Part shown: positions 9,311-19,000 of the stretch, in pieces
Layout of the letters: each line of letters begins with the position of its first letter
Numbering within the stretch: the first letter of the stretch is position 1
Source: a virus
Virus record (IMG/VR): IMGVR_UViG_3300045974_000283
Coordinates: 1 to 64,000 of that record
Length of the DNA stretch: 64,000 nucleotides
Strand: one strand, 5' to 3'
Made by a program: the position numbers and the translations under genes
The notes under the pieces: model-generated
What the model was told of the DNA's origin: nothing
Databases searched by the model: none
What the model saw: only the letters and a program-made list of their open reading frames with translations

Positions 9311-9502
9311 ATGGACACCGTCATCTTTGGTTTTAGCTACGCGAGCATCCTGCTCGGCATCGGCTGGGTCTTTGCCTTCGCCGTTGGGACAGCCTTCGCT
9401 TGGCTGTTCATCACGGTCATCCTCCGCTCGATCGAGTTCTGGGTGGCGCTCTTCGTGACCGGAGTCGTGGTCCTGCTGACCATCTATCCGTTCGGAGCCT
9501 GA
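9311..9502 (+). CDS. small membrane protein
   Basis: AAGGAG RBS; two TM helices. Confidence 0.75.
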   Translation: MDTVIFGFSYASILLGIGWVFAFAVGTAFAWLFITVILRSIEFWVALFVTGVVVLLTIYPFGA

Positions 9503-9503
9503 G

Positions 9504-9659
9504 ATGGCGACCACACTCGTCTGCTCTCGCTGTGGCGTCAAGGTGATATCTTGGCTCGACGGCTGGAAACACGCTAGCGGATGGAAAGGCCCGAAGTCCT
9601 GCGGACAAAAGCCTATCCCCGTTCGCGCCAAAACCACAACCCCGGAGCGCCAATCATGA
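9504..9659 (+). CDS. 51-aa Cys/His small protein (absent from the ORF track)
   Basis: MATTLVCSRCGVKVISWLDGWKHASGWKGPKSCGQKPIPVRAKTTTPERQS. Starts 1 nt after the upstream stop and ends in an ATGA overlap with the next ORF. Confidence 0.65.
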   Translation: MATTLVCSRCGVKVISWLDGWKHASGWKGPKSCGQKPIPVRAKTTTPERQS

Positions 9660-9889
9660 ACGCCAAAACCACGCCCACGCCACCGCCGTCGGTTCGCGAG
9701 AACCGCTTCGCCGAATTGCTCAAGCTCATCGGCGAATACCGCGAACGGATCGGCCATCCTCCCATCACCGAAGCCGATCGCCGCGCTCTGTCAAAGGACT
9801 GGATCGAGTCGCGTCTGTCCCTTCGGAACTGGATGATGAACGACATCCGCAGCCGACTGGCTATCCTCCCACCCAAGAAGGTGAAGTGA
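9656..9889 (+). CDS. hypothetical protein
   Basis: ATGA-coupled start. Confidence 0.7.
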   Translation: MNAKTTPTPPPSVRENRFAELLKLIGEYRERIGHPPITEADRRALSKDWIESRLSLRNWMMNDIRSRLAILPPKKVK

Positions 9890-9890
9890 C

Positions 9891-10451
9891 ATGAAACTCA
9901 TCGACCGTCAGATCAATGACCTGCGCTTGACTGCGCAGACTGTCATCGAAGTCCGGATGACGCGGTTCTCGCGCAACGGCGAGATGCCCGCCGAAGGATA
10001 CAAGATGGAGCCCACCGACAAGGCCCTCAAGGCTCAGTACGGGACCATCAAGATCGCGCGTCCGCCTGAATCGCGCGTCGGCTGGATTCCCTTCATCGAC
10101 CCCTTCGCCCCGGCTTTGCGCGGATCGTCTGTTGACGGCCCCGTGCAGGTCAAGCTGAAGGTAGCCTTCAGCGCAGCTCGCACCGCTCAGGCGGTCTTTG
10201 CTCTCGCCGTCACCCAGACCTGGGAACGAACGGCGAAGCGGCTCGAAGCCAAAGATCAAGAGGCTGAGGGGCTCAACAAAGCCTACGCTCGTGTTCTTGC
10301 CAAAGCCACCGAGCTCGGGGTCACCGAGAAGACCGAAGCGGCCCGCCTGCGCATGACGGCCAGATTCACAGATCACAAGCTTCCGCTGGCCGAGCAGTCG
10401 CTCCTCTGGAAAGCGGTTCGCATCTGGGGAAGCGACGAGGCGCCGCTGTGA
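9891..10451 (+). CDS. hypothetical protein
   Basis: 186-aa ORF in a tightly packed operon. Confidence 0.7.
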   Translation: MKLIDRQINDLRLTAQTVIEVRMTRFSRNGEMPAEGYKMEPTDKALKAQYGTIKIARPPESRVGWIPFIDPFAPALRGSSVDGPVQVKLKVAFSAARTAQAVFALAVTQTWERTAKRLEAKDQEAEGLNKAYARVLAKATELGVTEKTEAARLRMTARFTDHKLPLAEQSLLWKAVRIWGSDEAPL

Positions 10452-10795
10452 CGCCTCGTTCGTGGGGCGACATCCGTGGTTTTGCGCGTCGGCCTGTTAA
10501 TGTTTCGGCCCCTGCTGTCAAGGTGAAGCAGGCACCGTTCACACCGGATTTCCCGGTCAAGACCAGACCCGTTCGCACCGGCACCTACGAAGCCACTCTC
10601 GTCTCAGGCGAGACGCGGCTTCTACAGTTCGACACTGATGCCCGTCAGTGGTTCACCCTTTGCCCAAAAGGCCGAGAGCGATTTCCCTTCAACCAGATTG
10701 CGACTTGGAGAGGTCTTTCAGAACAAGAGTACAAACGCCGCCTCGCTGAGGTCAACTCGAACCGGGCCTACTGGCCTGGACTTTACGACAACTGA
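10448..10795 (+). CDS. hypothetical protein
   Basis: GTGA overlap with the upstream stop. Confidence 0.7.
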   Translation: MTPRSWGDIRGFARRPVNVSAPAVKVKQAPFTPDFPVKTRPVRTGTYEATLVSGETRLLQFDTDARQWFTLCPKGRERFPFNQIATWRGLSEQEYKRRLAEVNSNRAYWPGLYDN

Positions 10796-10804
10796 GGAAT
10801 CAAT

Positions 10805-11182
10805 ATGAATGCGAAAGCCAGAGCCGCTGAGGGTAGCCCCCTCTACGCCGAACTGTATCTTTATCGAAAGGACGAACCGAACACTCCACCGATGAAGAAC
10901 GTCTCTGTCAAGGTCAGCGCAGTGCTCACAGAATGTCTGATGCGCGGCGAGGTGACCAGCGAGTCGCCTCAAGTGTTCGGCACTGAGGCTGAGCCGGGCT
11001 ATCTGGCTCAGCGCCTCAGCTCGCTGATGCCGCAACGACTGCTTCACTCCGAAACACGCTTCCAGTTCAAGCTGGCAGACAAGTTCGGCCAGCCCTTCAA
11101 GACAAAGGCCGAAGAACGCGACACTCTTGAGAACCGTCTCGCCAAAGCCTTCTCCAGTTCCGACCGTCTCACTCCCCGTTAA
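10805..11182 (+). CDS. hypothetical protein
   Basis: GAGGA RBS. Confidence 0.7.
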   Translation: MNAKARAAEGSPLYAELYLYRKDEPNTPPMKNVSVKVSAVLTECLMRGEVTSESPQVFGTEAEPGYLAQRLSSLMPQRLLHSETRFQFKLADKFGQPFKTKAEERDTLENRLAKAFSSSDRLTPR

Positions 11183-11208
11183 CTTTCTCTCTTCACCAGG
11201 AATCCATC

Positions 11209-12339
11209 ATGAACGCACCTAGCACCCGCCCCGTCTCCGCAGAACTCGGCGTTCCCTTCATCAGCCTGCTCGACTCCATTGACTCGGTCAAGATGTTCGG
11301 GCAGAAGACCTCCTTCCTGCTCCGTGGTCAGCCCGGCATTGGCAAGACCGAGATGGCCCGTCACATGGCGAAGAGCCTCGGCATGGAATGCGTCCCCATC
11401 GACTGCGGAGCGGCCGACTTGGGCGAAACGGCGTTGCCTTACATCATCGATCACGTGTCGGGCCGGAAGACCTCGGCGTTCGCACCGAACGAAAAGTTCC
11501 GCACCGAGCTCGGCAAGCCTGTCGTCATCCTGCTCGACGAGATCGGCAAGGCGAATCCCATCACGCTGCCGATTTTCACGACCCTGATGCAGGAACGTCG
11601 CGTTGGCGACACGCCGCTGCCCGACGGCAACATCGTGATCGGCTGCACGAACTTCGACCAAGACGGTCTGGGTGATGTCCTGCCCGCACACGTTGACAAC
11701 CGCTGCATCACGCTCTACCTGAAGAACCCGACGGCGCGTGAGTGGAATATGTGGGCGGAATCGGCTGACATCGCTGCCGACATCCGCGGCTTTGCCGAGA
11801 CGTACCCGTCGATCTTCGATCTGTACCTGCTCGACGACGTCGCCAACCAGAACCGCTACATCTTCAATCCGCGCATCAACCGCACTCGTGGCTTTGTGTC
11901 GCCACGTTCGCTGGTCATGTGCGATGATATTGCGAAGGCATTCGTGGCGAAGCGCATCACCGCCGAACGCGCGAACTCTCTGTTCTTCGGTGCGATTGGT
12001 CCGGCCGCATCCAACGACCTGATGTCCTACATCGAACTTGGTCGTGGTCTTCCCACCAAGGAACTCATCCTGCAAGATCAGGATACAGCGCTCGACATGG
12101 TTCGCGTTGCCATGATGGCGCTGCCTACGCTCTGCGCTCAACTGCCCATGCAGATCATGACCGGCATCGAGCTGGACAAGATCGTCGAGTTCTTCCAAGC
12201 GTTGAACCAAGCTGAGGCAACGCAGATGTTCGTCGAGAGCGTCATGCGGCGCCCGAGTCTGGCAGTGCCACGAGCTCAGTCCAGACGCTATGCTGCGCTC
12301 ATCCGCGAGCTGGCGATCCTTTCGCAACCCATCCGCTAA
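11209..12339 (+). CDS. MoxR-like AAA+ ATPase
   Basis: Walker A GQPGIGKT, Walker B VILLDEIGK, sensor-I GCTN, Arg finger DNRC, SPRS motif. Confidence 0.88.
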   Translation: MNAPSTRPVSAELGVPFISLLDSIDSVKMFGQKTSFLLRGQPGIGKTEMARHMAKSLGMECVPIDCGAADLGETALPYIIDHVSGRKTSAFAPNEKFRTELGKPVVILLDEIGKANPITLPIFTTLMQERRVGDTPLPDGNIVIGCTNFDQDGLGDVLPAHVDNRCITLYLKNPTAREWNMWAESADIAADIRGFAETYPSIFDLYLLDDVANQNRYIFNPRINRTRGFVSPRSLVMCDDIAKAFVAKRITAERANSLFFGAIGPAASNDLMSYIELGRGLPTKELILQDQDTALDMVRVAMMALPTLCAQLPMQIMTGIELDKIVEFFQALNQAEATQMFVESVMRRPSLAVPRAQSRRYAALIRELAILSQPIR

Positions 12340-12349
12340 GGAACCCATC

Positions 12350-13594
12350 ATGGCAACCGACACCCGCACTGAGCGGGCGGTCCTTCTGATTCGGAAGGCT
12401 CGTCTCGAACTCGTCAGGGATTCCCTGACCCGTCCGATCAGCACGTTGCTGATCTCACTCGTCCACGATGTGACCCCGGATAACGGCATCGTGGACACGG
12501 CCCGGACCAATCTGATTCGCGTGACCTACAACGCGGCTTTCATCAACAAGGCTCACTTGGATAACGGAACGAACGGCCAGAAGGTCGTGAACTTCATTGT
12601 GGCCCACGAAGCCATCCACGCGGCTTTCTTGCACCCGATTGCCAAAGCCGGAGTCTCGGATCGTCCGCTGTGGCCTATGGCAGCGGACATCTTCGTGAAC
12701 AACTTCCTGCGCGAGATCGACTCTCAGCAGAAAGTCATCATGCAGCCGCCAACCTTTGGCGTTCAACCGATACGGTCGTTTAAGGGCTGGTCTGTTGTTC
12801 AGATTCTTCGCAAACTGGAAGAGATGTTCGGCGAGGGCAGCGGTCCAACGGACTTGCCACACGCTGATCACGAGTTCCTTGACAAGGACGCCCGAAAAGC
12901 GCAGGATGCTCAGAAGCGCGGGATGCAGAACGCCCTCGGCAACCTGAAGGCTCAACTGGCGCAGCGCGGCTCCTTGAGCATGGAGCAGAACCTGATGTTC
13001 GAGAACGGTCAGGCCACCGTGGACTGGAGAGGGGTCTTCAAGAACGCGGTCAACGACGCGGTGGGTCGTGGCATCGATCACGCCATCTGGACAAGACCGC
13101 ATCGTCGGATGTTCGCAGCCGGGGTCTTGCTGCCGCGAGCTGTTGGATCATCGCCGAAGCGGGTCGTGCTGATCGCTGATACTTCGGGTTCGTTCGTCCC
13201 GCGTCTGGACGACGTCTGTGCCAACTTGGCATCCCTGGGCGCTCATGTTCAAGTCAGCGAAGCCATCGTGCTATGGACAGAGACCAAGGTCACCTCGGTG
13301 CAGAAGCTGACCCCTGCTCAACTGTCGAACGCGGCGGCGCACCTGAAGCCTGTCGGCGGTGGCGGCACGGACATGCGAGCCGGGTTCTTCTGGTGTCAAG
13401 AGGAAGCCAAGAAAGGAATGGATATCGGGCTCATCGTTTGTCTGACCGACGGTGAAACCCCTTGGCCCCAAAAGCCCGTTCTGGGCAAAGACGGCAAGGC
13501 CATTCCGTCCGTGTTCCTTTGCTGGGATCGCACACCCAATCATCAGAAGACCTTCGGCAACCCGCCATTCGGCGTCACCATCGACTGTGAGTAA
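12350..13594 (+). CDS. HExxH metallopeptidase-like + VWA domain protein (DUF2201-like)
   Basis: VAHEAIH...ADIFVN in the N-terminal half; MIDAS elements DTSGS, GGGTDM and LTDGET in the C-terminal half. Confidence 0.85.
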   Translation: MATDTRTERAVLLIRKARLELVRDSLTRPISTLLISLVHDVTPDNGIVDTARTNLIRVTYNAAFINKAHLDNGTNGQKVVNFIVAHEAIHAAFLHPIAKAGVSDRPLWPMAADIFVNNFLREIDSQQKVIMQPPTFGVQPIRSFKGWSVVQILRKLEEMFGEGSGPTDLPHADHEFLDKDARKAQDAQKRGMQNALGNLKAQLAQRGSLSMEQNLMFENGQATVDWRGVFKNAVNDAVGRGIDHAIWTRPHRRMFAAGVLLPRAVGSSPKRVVLIADTSGSFVPRLDDVCANLASLGAHVQVSEAIVLWTETKVTSVQKLTPAQLSNAAAHLKPVGGGGTDMRAGFFWCQEEAKKGMDIGLIVCLTDGETPWPQKPVLGKDGKAIPSVFLCWDRTPNHQKTFGNPPFGVTIDCE

Positions 13595-13597
13595 ATC

Positions 13598-14314
13598 ATG
13601 AACGCACCCGCACAAGAAAGCTTCGGGCTTTTCGGCATCCTCTACACGACGCGCAAGTCAGATACTGACCCGCGTGATACCCTGAACGTCAAGGGCGTCA
13701 TCTACGAGCACGACTTCGCGTCAAGCTATGGAACGCTCGACGGCCGAGCTGGCCTGCAAGAGTCCATCCACCGGCTGGCACTAGGACCCTCTGTGTTACG
13801 TCTAAGTGCCGCCGAGGTCTACTACGGATTCCTGGAATCGCCCTTCATGAAAGAGATGGCGACGCGGCCAAAAGCGTGGAGTTCTTCTTACTTCGGGCCG
13901 ATATCAACTGTGAACGCCGATATGTCGGCCCGTCTGCTGGACCAGATTCTGATCATGGACCAAGACGGCCACGATACTCTGCAAAAGAGAGTCAACGGGA
14001 AACAGATCGGTGGCGACCAGATCGGTGGTGACCACGGCTTTGGGTTCAGTATCAAATCTCCGACGGGAACCTGGATTTCCATATACCTTATGGAGCTGCT
14101 CACGACGGTGAAACCGACTCGTATGAATCAGCGCGAGTGGCTGAAGAATACTGTCGTGGTTCAGCCTGCCCTGAATGCTCTATATTCTCCTGATATGCTG
14201 AATACTCTGGAGATCAGTTCGCGTGCCTCCGATATGTCAGTTCCATCGGTGAATCCAACGCTGCATCGGCAAGAATGTATTGAGGCGGCGCACGACCTGT
14301 TTTCGGGGTTGTAA
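13598..14314 (+). CDS. hypothetical protein
   Basis: 238-aa ORF closing the AAA/VWA unit. Confidence 0.7.
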   Translation: MNAPAQESFGLFGILYTTRKSDTDPRDTLNVKGVIYEHDFASSYGTLDGRAGLQESIHRLALGPSVLRLSAAEVYYGFLESPFMKEMATRPKAWSSSYFGPISTVNADMSARLLDQILIMDQDGHDTLQKRVNGKQIGGDQIGGDHGFGFSIKSPTGTWISIYLMELLTTVKPTRMNQREWLKNTVVVQPALNALYSPDMLNTLEISSRASDMSVPSVNPTLHRQECIEAAHDLFSGL

Positions 14315-14321
14315 ATAATAC

Positions 14322-14350
14322 TTGCGGCCCCCTTAATTCTGTGTTATAAT
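14322..14350 (+). promoter_or_regulatory. sigma70-like promoter heading the 14.4-21.5 kb operon
   Basis: TTGCGG (14322-14327), 17-nt spacer, TATAAT (14345-14350). Confidence 0.75.
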
Positions 14351-14430
14351 TACAACAGGGCGGCGCATACTGCAAAAACGCCCGGCAACCCATAGTATCA
14401 ACGCACCCTGCACACGCACAAGGAAACATC

Positions 14431-14790
14431 ATGCCACTCGGCCTCCTACCCGCTGAACGCGCTGCACTCATCGAAGCCATCGAATTGGCTTATCCAGGCA
14501 AGGTCATTCTTCTGGACCCGACAACCGAAGACCTCGCCGCTGTAAACCCACACGCGATCCGTCTTGTCTTCGAGACGCGTCAGCGCGCTCAGGGCTTCAT
14601 CGTGGTCTACTGCAAGTTCAATCCGATGGAAGACATCGTCGGTCTGTTCAATACGCTGACCCGCAAGTTCGGGTCGTCTTTGGGCAAAGCCCCGATCGTC
14701 CGAGCGGCTCGCGGCGAGGCCATTGCGGTCGTCCCCTACGATGTCAAGTTGCAGCATGGCTGGCTCTTCATCAACGCCGACCTTCTCTAA
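14431..14790 (+). CDS. hypothetical protein
   Basis: AAGGA RBS. Confidence 0.75.
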   Translation: MPLGLLPAERAALIEAIELAYPGKVILLDPTTEDLAAVNPHAIRLVFETRQRAQGFIVVYCKFNPMEDIVGLFNTLTRKFGSSLGKAPIVRAARGEAIAVVPYDVKLQHGWLFINADLL

Positions 14791-14800
14791 GGAGACAACC

Positions 14801-15226
14801 ATGAGCGACCTCTACTCAAGCGGCCCGGTCAGCACTCTGCCCGGAGCCGTTCGCCCTGTCGAGCAGGGAGACACTTGCGACAACGACTGGCACCTGCACG
14901 ACGGGGAGACCCGTCCGGCGGTCCACCGCGTTCAGGGCGAAACAGACAGCATGGGCGCTGAGTATTTCTACGCCTGCGCCGGATGCTACGCCAAGATGCT
15001 CAGCGAGCTCGCGGCCGAGAAGGCGACGCCCAAAACCTGCGATTGGTGCAAGAAGGTGACCACCGATTGCATTCCGCACCGCGACCAAGATGAGGGCTCG
15101 TGCGGCCCGGTCTACTCGGTCTGCTCTGCCTGCCGCACCAAGGAAAACCTCGCCGCTCTAGAAGAGCTGGAACTCAACCGCACCGAGGGCGACTGGATCT
15201 CTGACCTGATGGACGAGGACGACTGA
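14801..15226 (+). CDS. Cys-rich Zn-finger protein
   Basis: AAGGAG RBS; CAGC, CDWC and CSAC pairs plus extra Cys/His; acidic C-terminus. Confidence 0.7.
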   Translation: MSDLYSSGPVSTLPGAVRPVEQGDTCDNDWHLHDGETRPAVHRVQGETDSMGAEYFYACAGCYAKMLSELAAEKATPKTCDWCKKVTTDCIPHRDQDEGSCGPVYSVCSACRTKENLAALEELELNRTEGDWISDLMDEDD

Positions 15227-15227
15227 C

Positions 15228-15437
15228 ATGAAAAGCCAACACCGCATCTGTGCAGAAATGCACCTGCAATTCAACCCGGCGGAAACGCGAACGGTCGATC
15301 AGTTGGAGGCGTACTATCGCAGCCTCTCCATGTCGAGCCCGTTCGCCCCGCTCGTTCAAGCCTTCAAGGAAGCGGACGCGCAAGCGATCGCCGAGTTCGA
15401 AGCATCCGTCGCCATCAACAACGCCCGCAAGGGCTAA
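15228..15437 (+). CDS. small hypothetical protein
   Basis: Starts 1 nt after the upstream stop. Confidence 0.65.
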   Translation: MKSQHRICAEMHLQFNPAETRTVDQLEAYYRSLSMSSPFAPLVQAFKEADAQAIAEFEASVAINNARKG

Positions 15438-15446
15438 GGAACCATC

Positions 15447-16016
15447 ATGCTCCATTCCGACTACCGTCCGCTCGTGTCTGTCGATCTCCCGTTTCAGGGT
15501 CGCCAGATGTACATGCACACGTTCGATCTGGCAAACCCGGTCATGGCCCCGGGATTCGAAGACTACCTGGAACCCGTGCGCGCTCTCTGCCACGCGGCCG
15601 GAGCCGTCGTCGGTGAAGCCCATATGACCGTGGACGAAAAGGTCATCCAACCGGGTCGTTCGCAGCGTCGCCCAAAACCGCACGTTGACGGCGTCTTCGT
15701 CATCGCCTCGATGAATTGGGGCCACGGTGGCGGGTGGAACCACGGATGCAACAATATCGGCGCGGGTCCTGTTCGTCGGATGCCTGTCATCGTGGCAGCA
15801 TCAGCGATCGGCTGTCGTGTCTGGCGCGGCACGTTCAACGCGATACCTGCTGCCGACGGCGACCTGTCCCACCTGAGCCTGCCCGAAGGCGAGATCGTCC
15901 CCGCCAACATGGGCTTCCTGCTCAACGGCGACTGCGTCCACGAGTCGCTGATACAGCCTGTCGCGGCGCAGCGCACCTTCCTGCGAATCGCGCTTCCCGT
16001 CAACTTCCCGTTCTGA
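15447..16016 (+). CDS. putative 2OG-Fe(II) dioxygenase
   Basis: HxD (PHVDG), distal His (CVHES) and C-terminal RTFLRI match the facial triad and 2-oxoglutarate-binding Arg. Confidence 0.65.
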   Translation: MLHSDYRPLVSVDLPFQGRQMYMHTFDLANPVMAPGFEDYLEPVRALCHAAGAVVGEAHMTVDEKVIQPGRSQRRPKPHVDGVFVIASMNWGHGGGWNHGCNNIGAGPVRRMPVIVAASAIGCRVWRGTFNAIPAADGDLSHLSLPEGEIVPANMGFLLNGDCVHESLIQPVAAQRTFLRIALPVNFPF

Positions 16017-16037
16017 CTTCGTCACTAAGGATTCATC

Positions 16038-19000
16038 ATGTCGAACCCTGACCAATCTCTAGGCGAGATACTCTCAGCCGCAGCCGAGATATTCTTGCCG
16101 GGCTCCACCACGACTGCGGTGACGGTGCAGGTCCCCACTCCGGCACAGAACAACCTCAAGCTCCAGACGGACCTGAACACCGGACGCCTGTCGCGCGCTG
16201 TCCCGCCTAAGCCTTGGCCGGGCGAAGAGCCGAAGACCCAAAACCGCAAGGCGCGGAAACTTGTCATGAAGACCTACGACGACGAAGAAACCAATGAGGA
16301 ATCCGAAGATGACGGAGAAAAGCTTCTTCGGAAGCTCCCAGCCAAGAGCAAATCGTACACTGAGTTGGAGGCAGAGAAGGCGGCAGCGGGCATCCAGAAG
16401 AACCCGAAAGTCGGTTTCAAGTCCTTCACCGATACCCTGGAAATGGCTCGGGAGCAGAGTCTTGTCAAAGCGCGGCCTTTGCCAGAATGGACGCAAGCGT
16501 TCAACGTGAACGCGCATCACGACGATGCGTTCTATCCGATTCTGGTGGACCTTCGCTCCGAGCGCACCCTGAGCGAGATCACCAAGAAGCTGGAAGAACA
16601 ACGGCTGAATGAGGAGAACCGGAACCGCCCGCGTCTGTTCCTGTCCGCCTTCAATGAGACTGGAGCTGCGCGCGAAGTTCACCTTGACGGGCTGCTCAAC
16701 GCGTCGAATCGACTCAGCTTCTTGACGGCTTCCGTCATGAAAGGGTTCCTCATGAGCCCAATCTCACGCGCAGAGCTCGACTACCTGTATGAGGAAGTCG
16801 TTCACAAGTTCGGGATGGATACGAGCTGGTTCTCCTCGACAAAAGACCCATCAGCTGTGAAGTGTTCGTTGGAAGAACGCCGCGTCGTTGAGGACCTGAT
16901 GGTGAACGTGCGATACGCACGAACGCGTTCGCGTGACCACCATCTCCACAGCATCTGCAACGATTTTGGATACAGCAACGGTGACCGTATCCGTCCTTTG
17001 CCGAAGACTTCGAAGTCGATTGAGACCCGCTCGAAGATGCTGGACTACTTCTACGAGTTCGACACGTATATCGAGATCCCGTCGTCGGTGATGTCTTGCG
17101 ATTACACCCCCGAATCGCTGTTCAATGGACGTGAAATCTGCCTCATGCCGCTCGTGTCGAACTTCAAGTCGCACTTGGCCGAAGACAAGTTGGCGACCTG
17201 CGGACCTCGTTACTCGCCTGAGTGGGAGAACCGCCGCCTCGATCAGGAAACCAGCTTTGTGGTCGTGTGGGTTCCCCGCGAGCAGTTCATCACTCCCCGC
17301 GAAGGTGCCAATCCTTTGACCGGGGTCTCGCAGTATCTGCGAGCGGGTATTGCCACGGGAGCGTTCTTACCGGAAAACGACCAGACGGCAAATCCCGTGT
17401 CGCGGGCTGACGCAGCCGCTTTCATCGAGAAAGTTTACTCCGAAAACGTGTCTTGGACCCGGCGTCTCAACTTCGAGCTGGAAGGCGTGAATGTCATCAA
17501 GGACATGGCCGACACCATGCTCCCCGAGGAGATTGGATTGTTGCAGGAGAATGTGACGACGAAACCGTTCCTGTTCGTGGACTGTGGCGCGCTGGACCCA
17601 ATCGTGCAATCCTTTGGGGCGGAGTTCTGCGCCCTGTTCAACTCGCCGGTGCGCGATCGCACTTTCCCGATGTACTTCAACCGCTCAACGACGAACGACG
17701 ATCATCGGAAGAAACGGAACGTGGTGTTCCCGATCCAGCCCCTCCGAGACTACGTCTACCGCAACGACGGCATGTTGAAAATTTCGTGGAAGACCTATCA
17801 AGACAACGATACGAGCAAAGGCTACACGGAAGTCGAGGATGAACTCGTCCGGAGCCTTGGCATCAAGAGTACGGATGAGGTCAAGACCGAGAATACTTTC
17901 AACCTTGACGCGTGGACGGCTTCCTTCGATGATCCGTGCTTCGACGTGGAGCACGTCGTGTTCATCGACGACCACCACCGTCAAGACCGACTCAGTGCAA
18001 TCCGGGCGGCGCTGGGATCGGTCGGTGTCACCTTCGACCCCGAAATCCTGTTGGACTTCCTTGTTCGCGTGTGCATCGGCAGCGCCCCGGACTTTCTGAT
18101 AGCGTTCACCGGGCGAAACGCTGGAGTGCAGAGCTTTGACTACTTGCTGAGGCACTACTTTGCAGGAAACCTCACGGCTCCAAAATCGGTTGGATCCTTC
18201 TTGCACATGATCGGTCGAAGGGGGTTAGCTGACAACCAAGACCGTGCTCGGGGTCTGGCGCTGATTGAAGCTGTCGAGGCCCTGCCGCGGTCCGCGGGTT
18301 TGGTGGATCCGACCGCCATCCTGTCTCCCGGTGAGTGTGCCGTCAATCCGCTGAACACCGTTGGTATGAGCCCCCGCAAGGGTAAGCCTGCTCCAGCGGC
18401 GAAGAAGAAACCACGGCCCCGCGACGATGAGGACGATGAAGAGGAAGAAGAGGAAGAATCCAAAAAGGATGACGATGAAGAGGACGAAAACTTCCAAGAG
18501 ACACCCGCAACGGAGCGCGTTCTCCGCGAAACCCGGAATGACGATCAGGATGACAAGGAAAAACTCCGTGCGGAATACCTGGACCTGCTCTCTTTGCTTT
18601 CTCAGCAAGACCAGACGTCTAAGCTCGGCTGTCTTGTCTCGGCCGAGCGCCGCAATCTCGTCGTGGCAGCAGGCATCGAGAACGTGAGTGAGTTTGCCTA
18701 CATGAAAACTGGCGACTCGATCTATTCAAATCTGTTCACTGCTCAAAACCTGGACTACGAACGGGTGTCAGTGATCAACCGGGCAACGGCGACCAAGCTG
18801 TCAGCGTCCAGCAAGAAAGCGCAGGAACGGCTTTTGGCGGGATCCAAGGATCAGCTGTCTACATCAGAAACCGTTTCCAAGCGGGTGAAAACCGCTGCCG
18901 AAACCCTGCGCGCCTTGGAGCAAGCGCGAGGTGAAGTGCGCAAGCAAATGGAACGGTATCAGGTTCACCTTGAGGACCTGCGCGAGGGCATCCTGATACG

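Noticed and set aside
11179-12510. Long antisense or alternate-frame ORFs (e.g. 11179..12510 -, 49413..50771 +, 55492..57033 +, 34089..35066 +)
   Set aside because: They shadow well-supported genes on the opposite strand, as expected from GC-rich codon bias; no RBS or motifs.
18420-18490. GAx-rich tracts here and at about 30950-31100 and 56330-56530 as DNA repeats
   Set aside because: They are explained by Asp/Glu/Lys-rich low-complexity protein segments.
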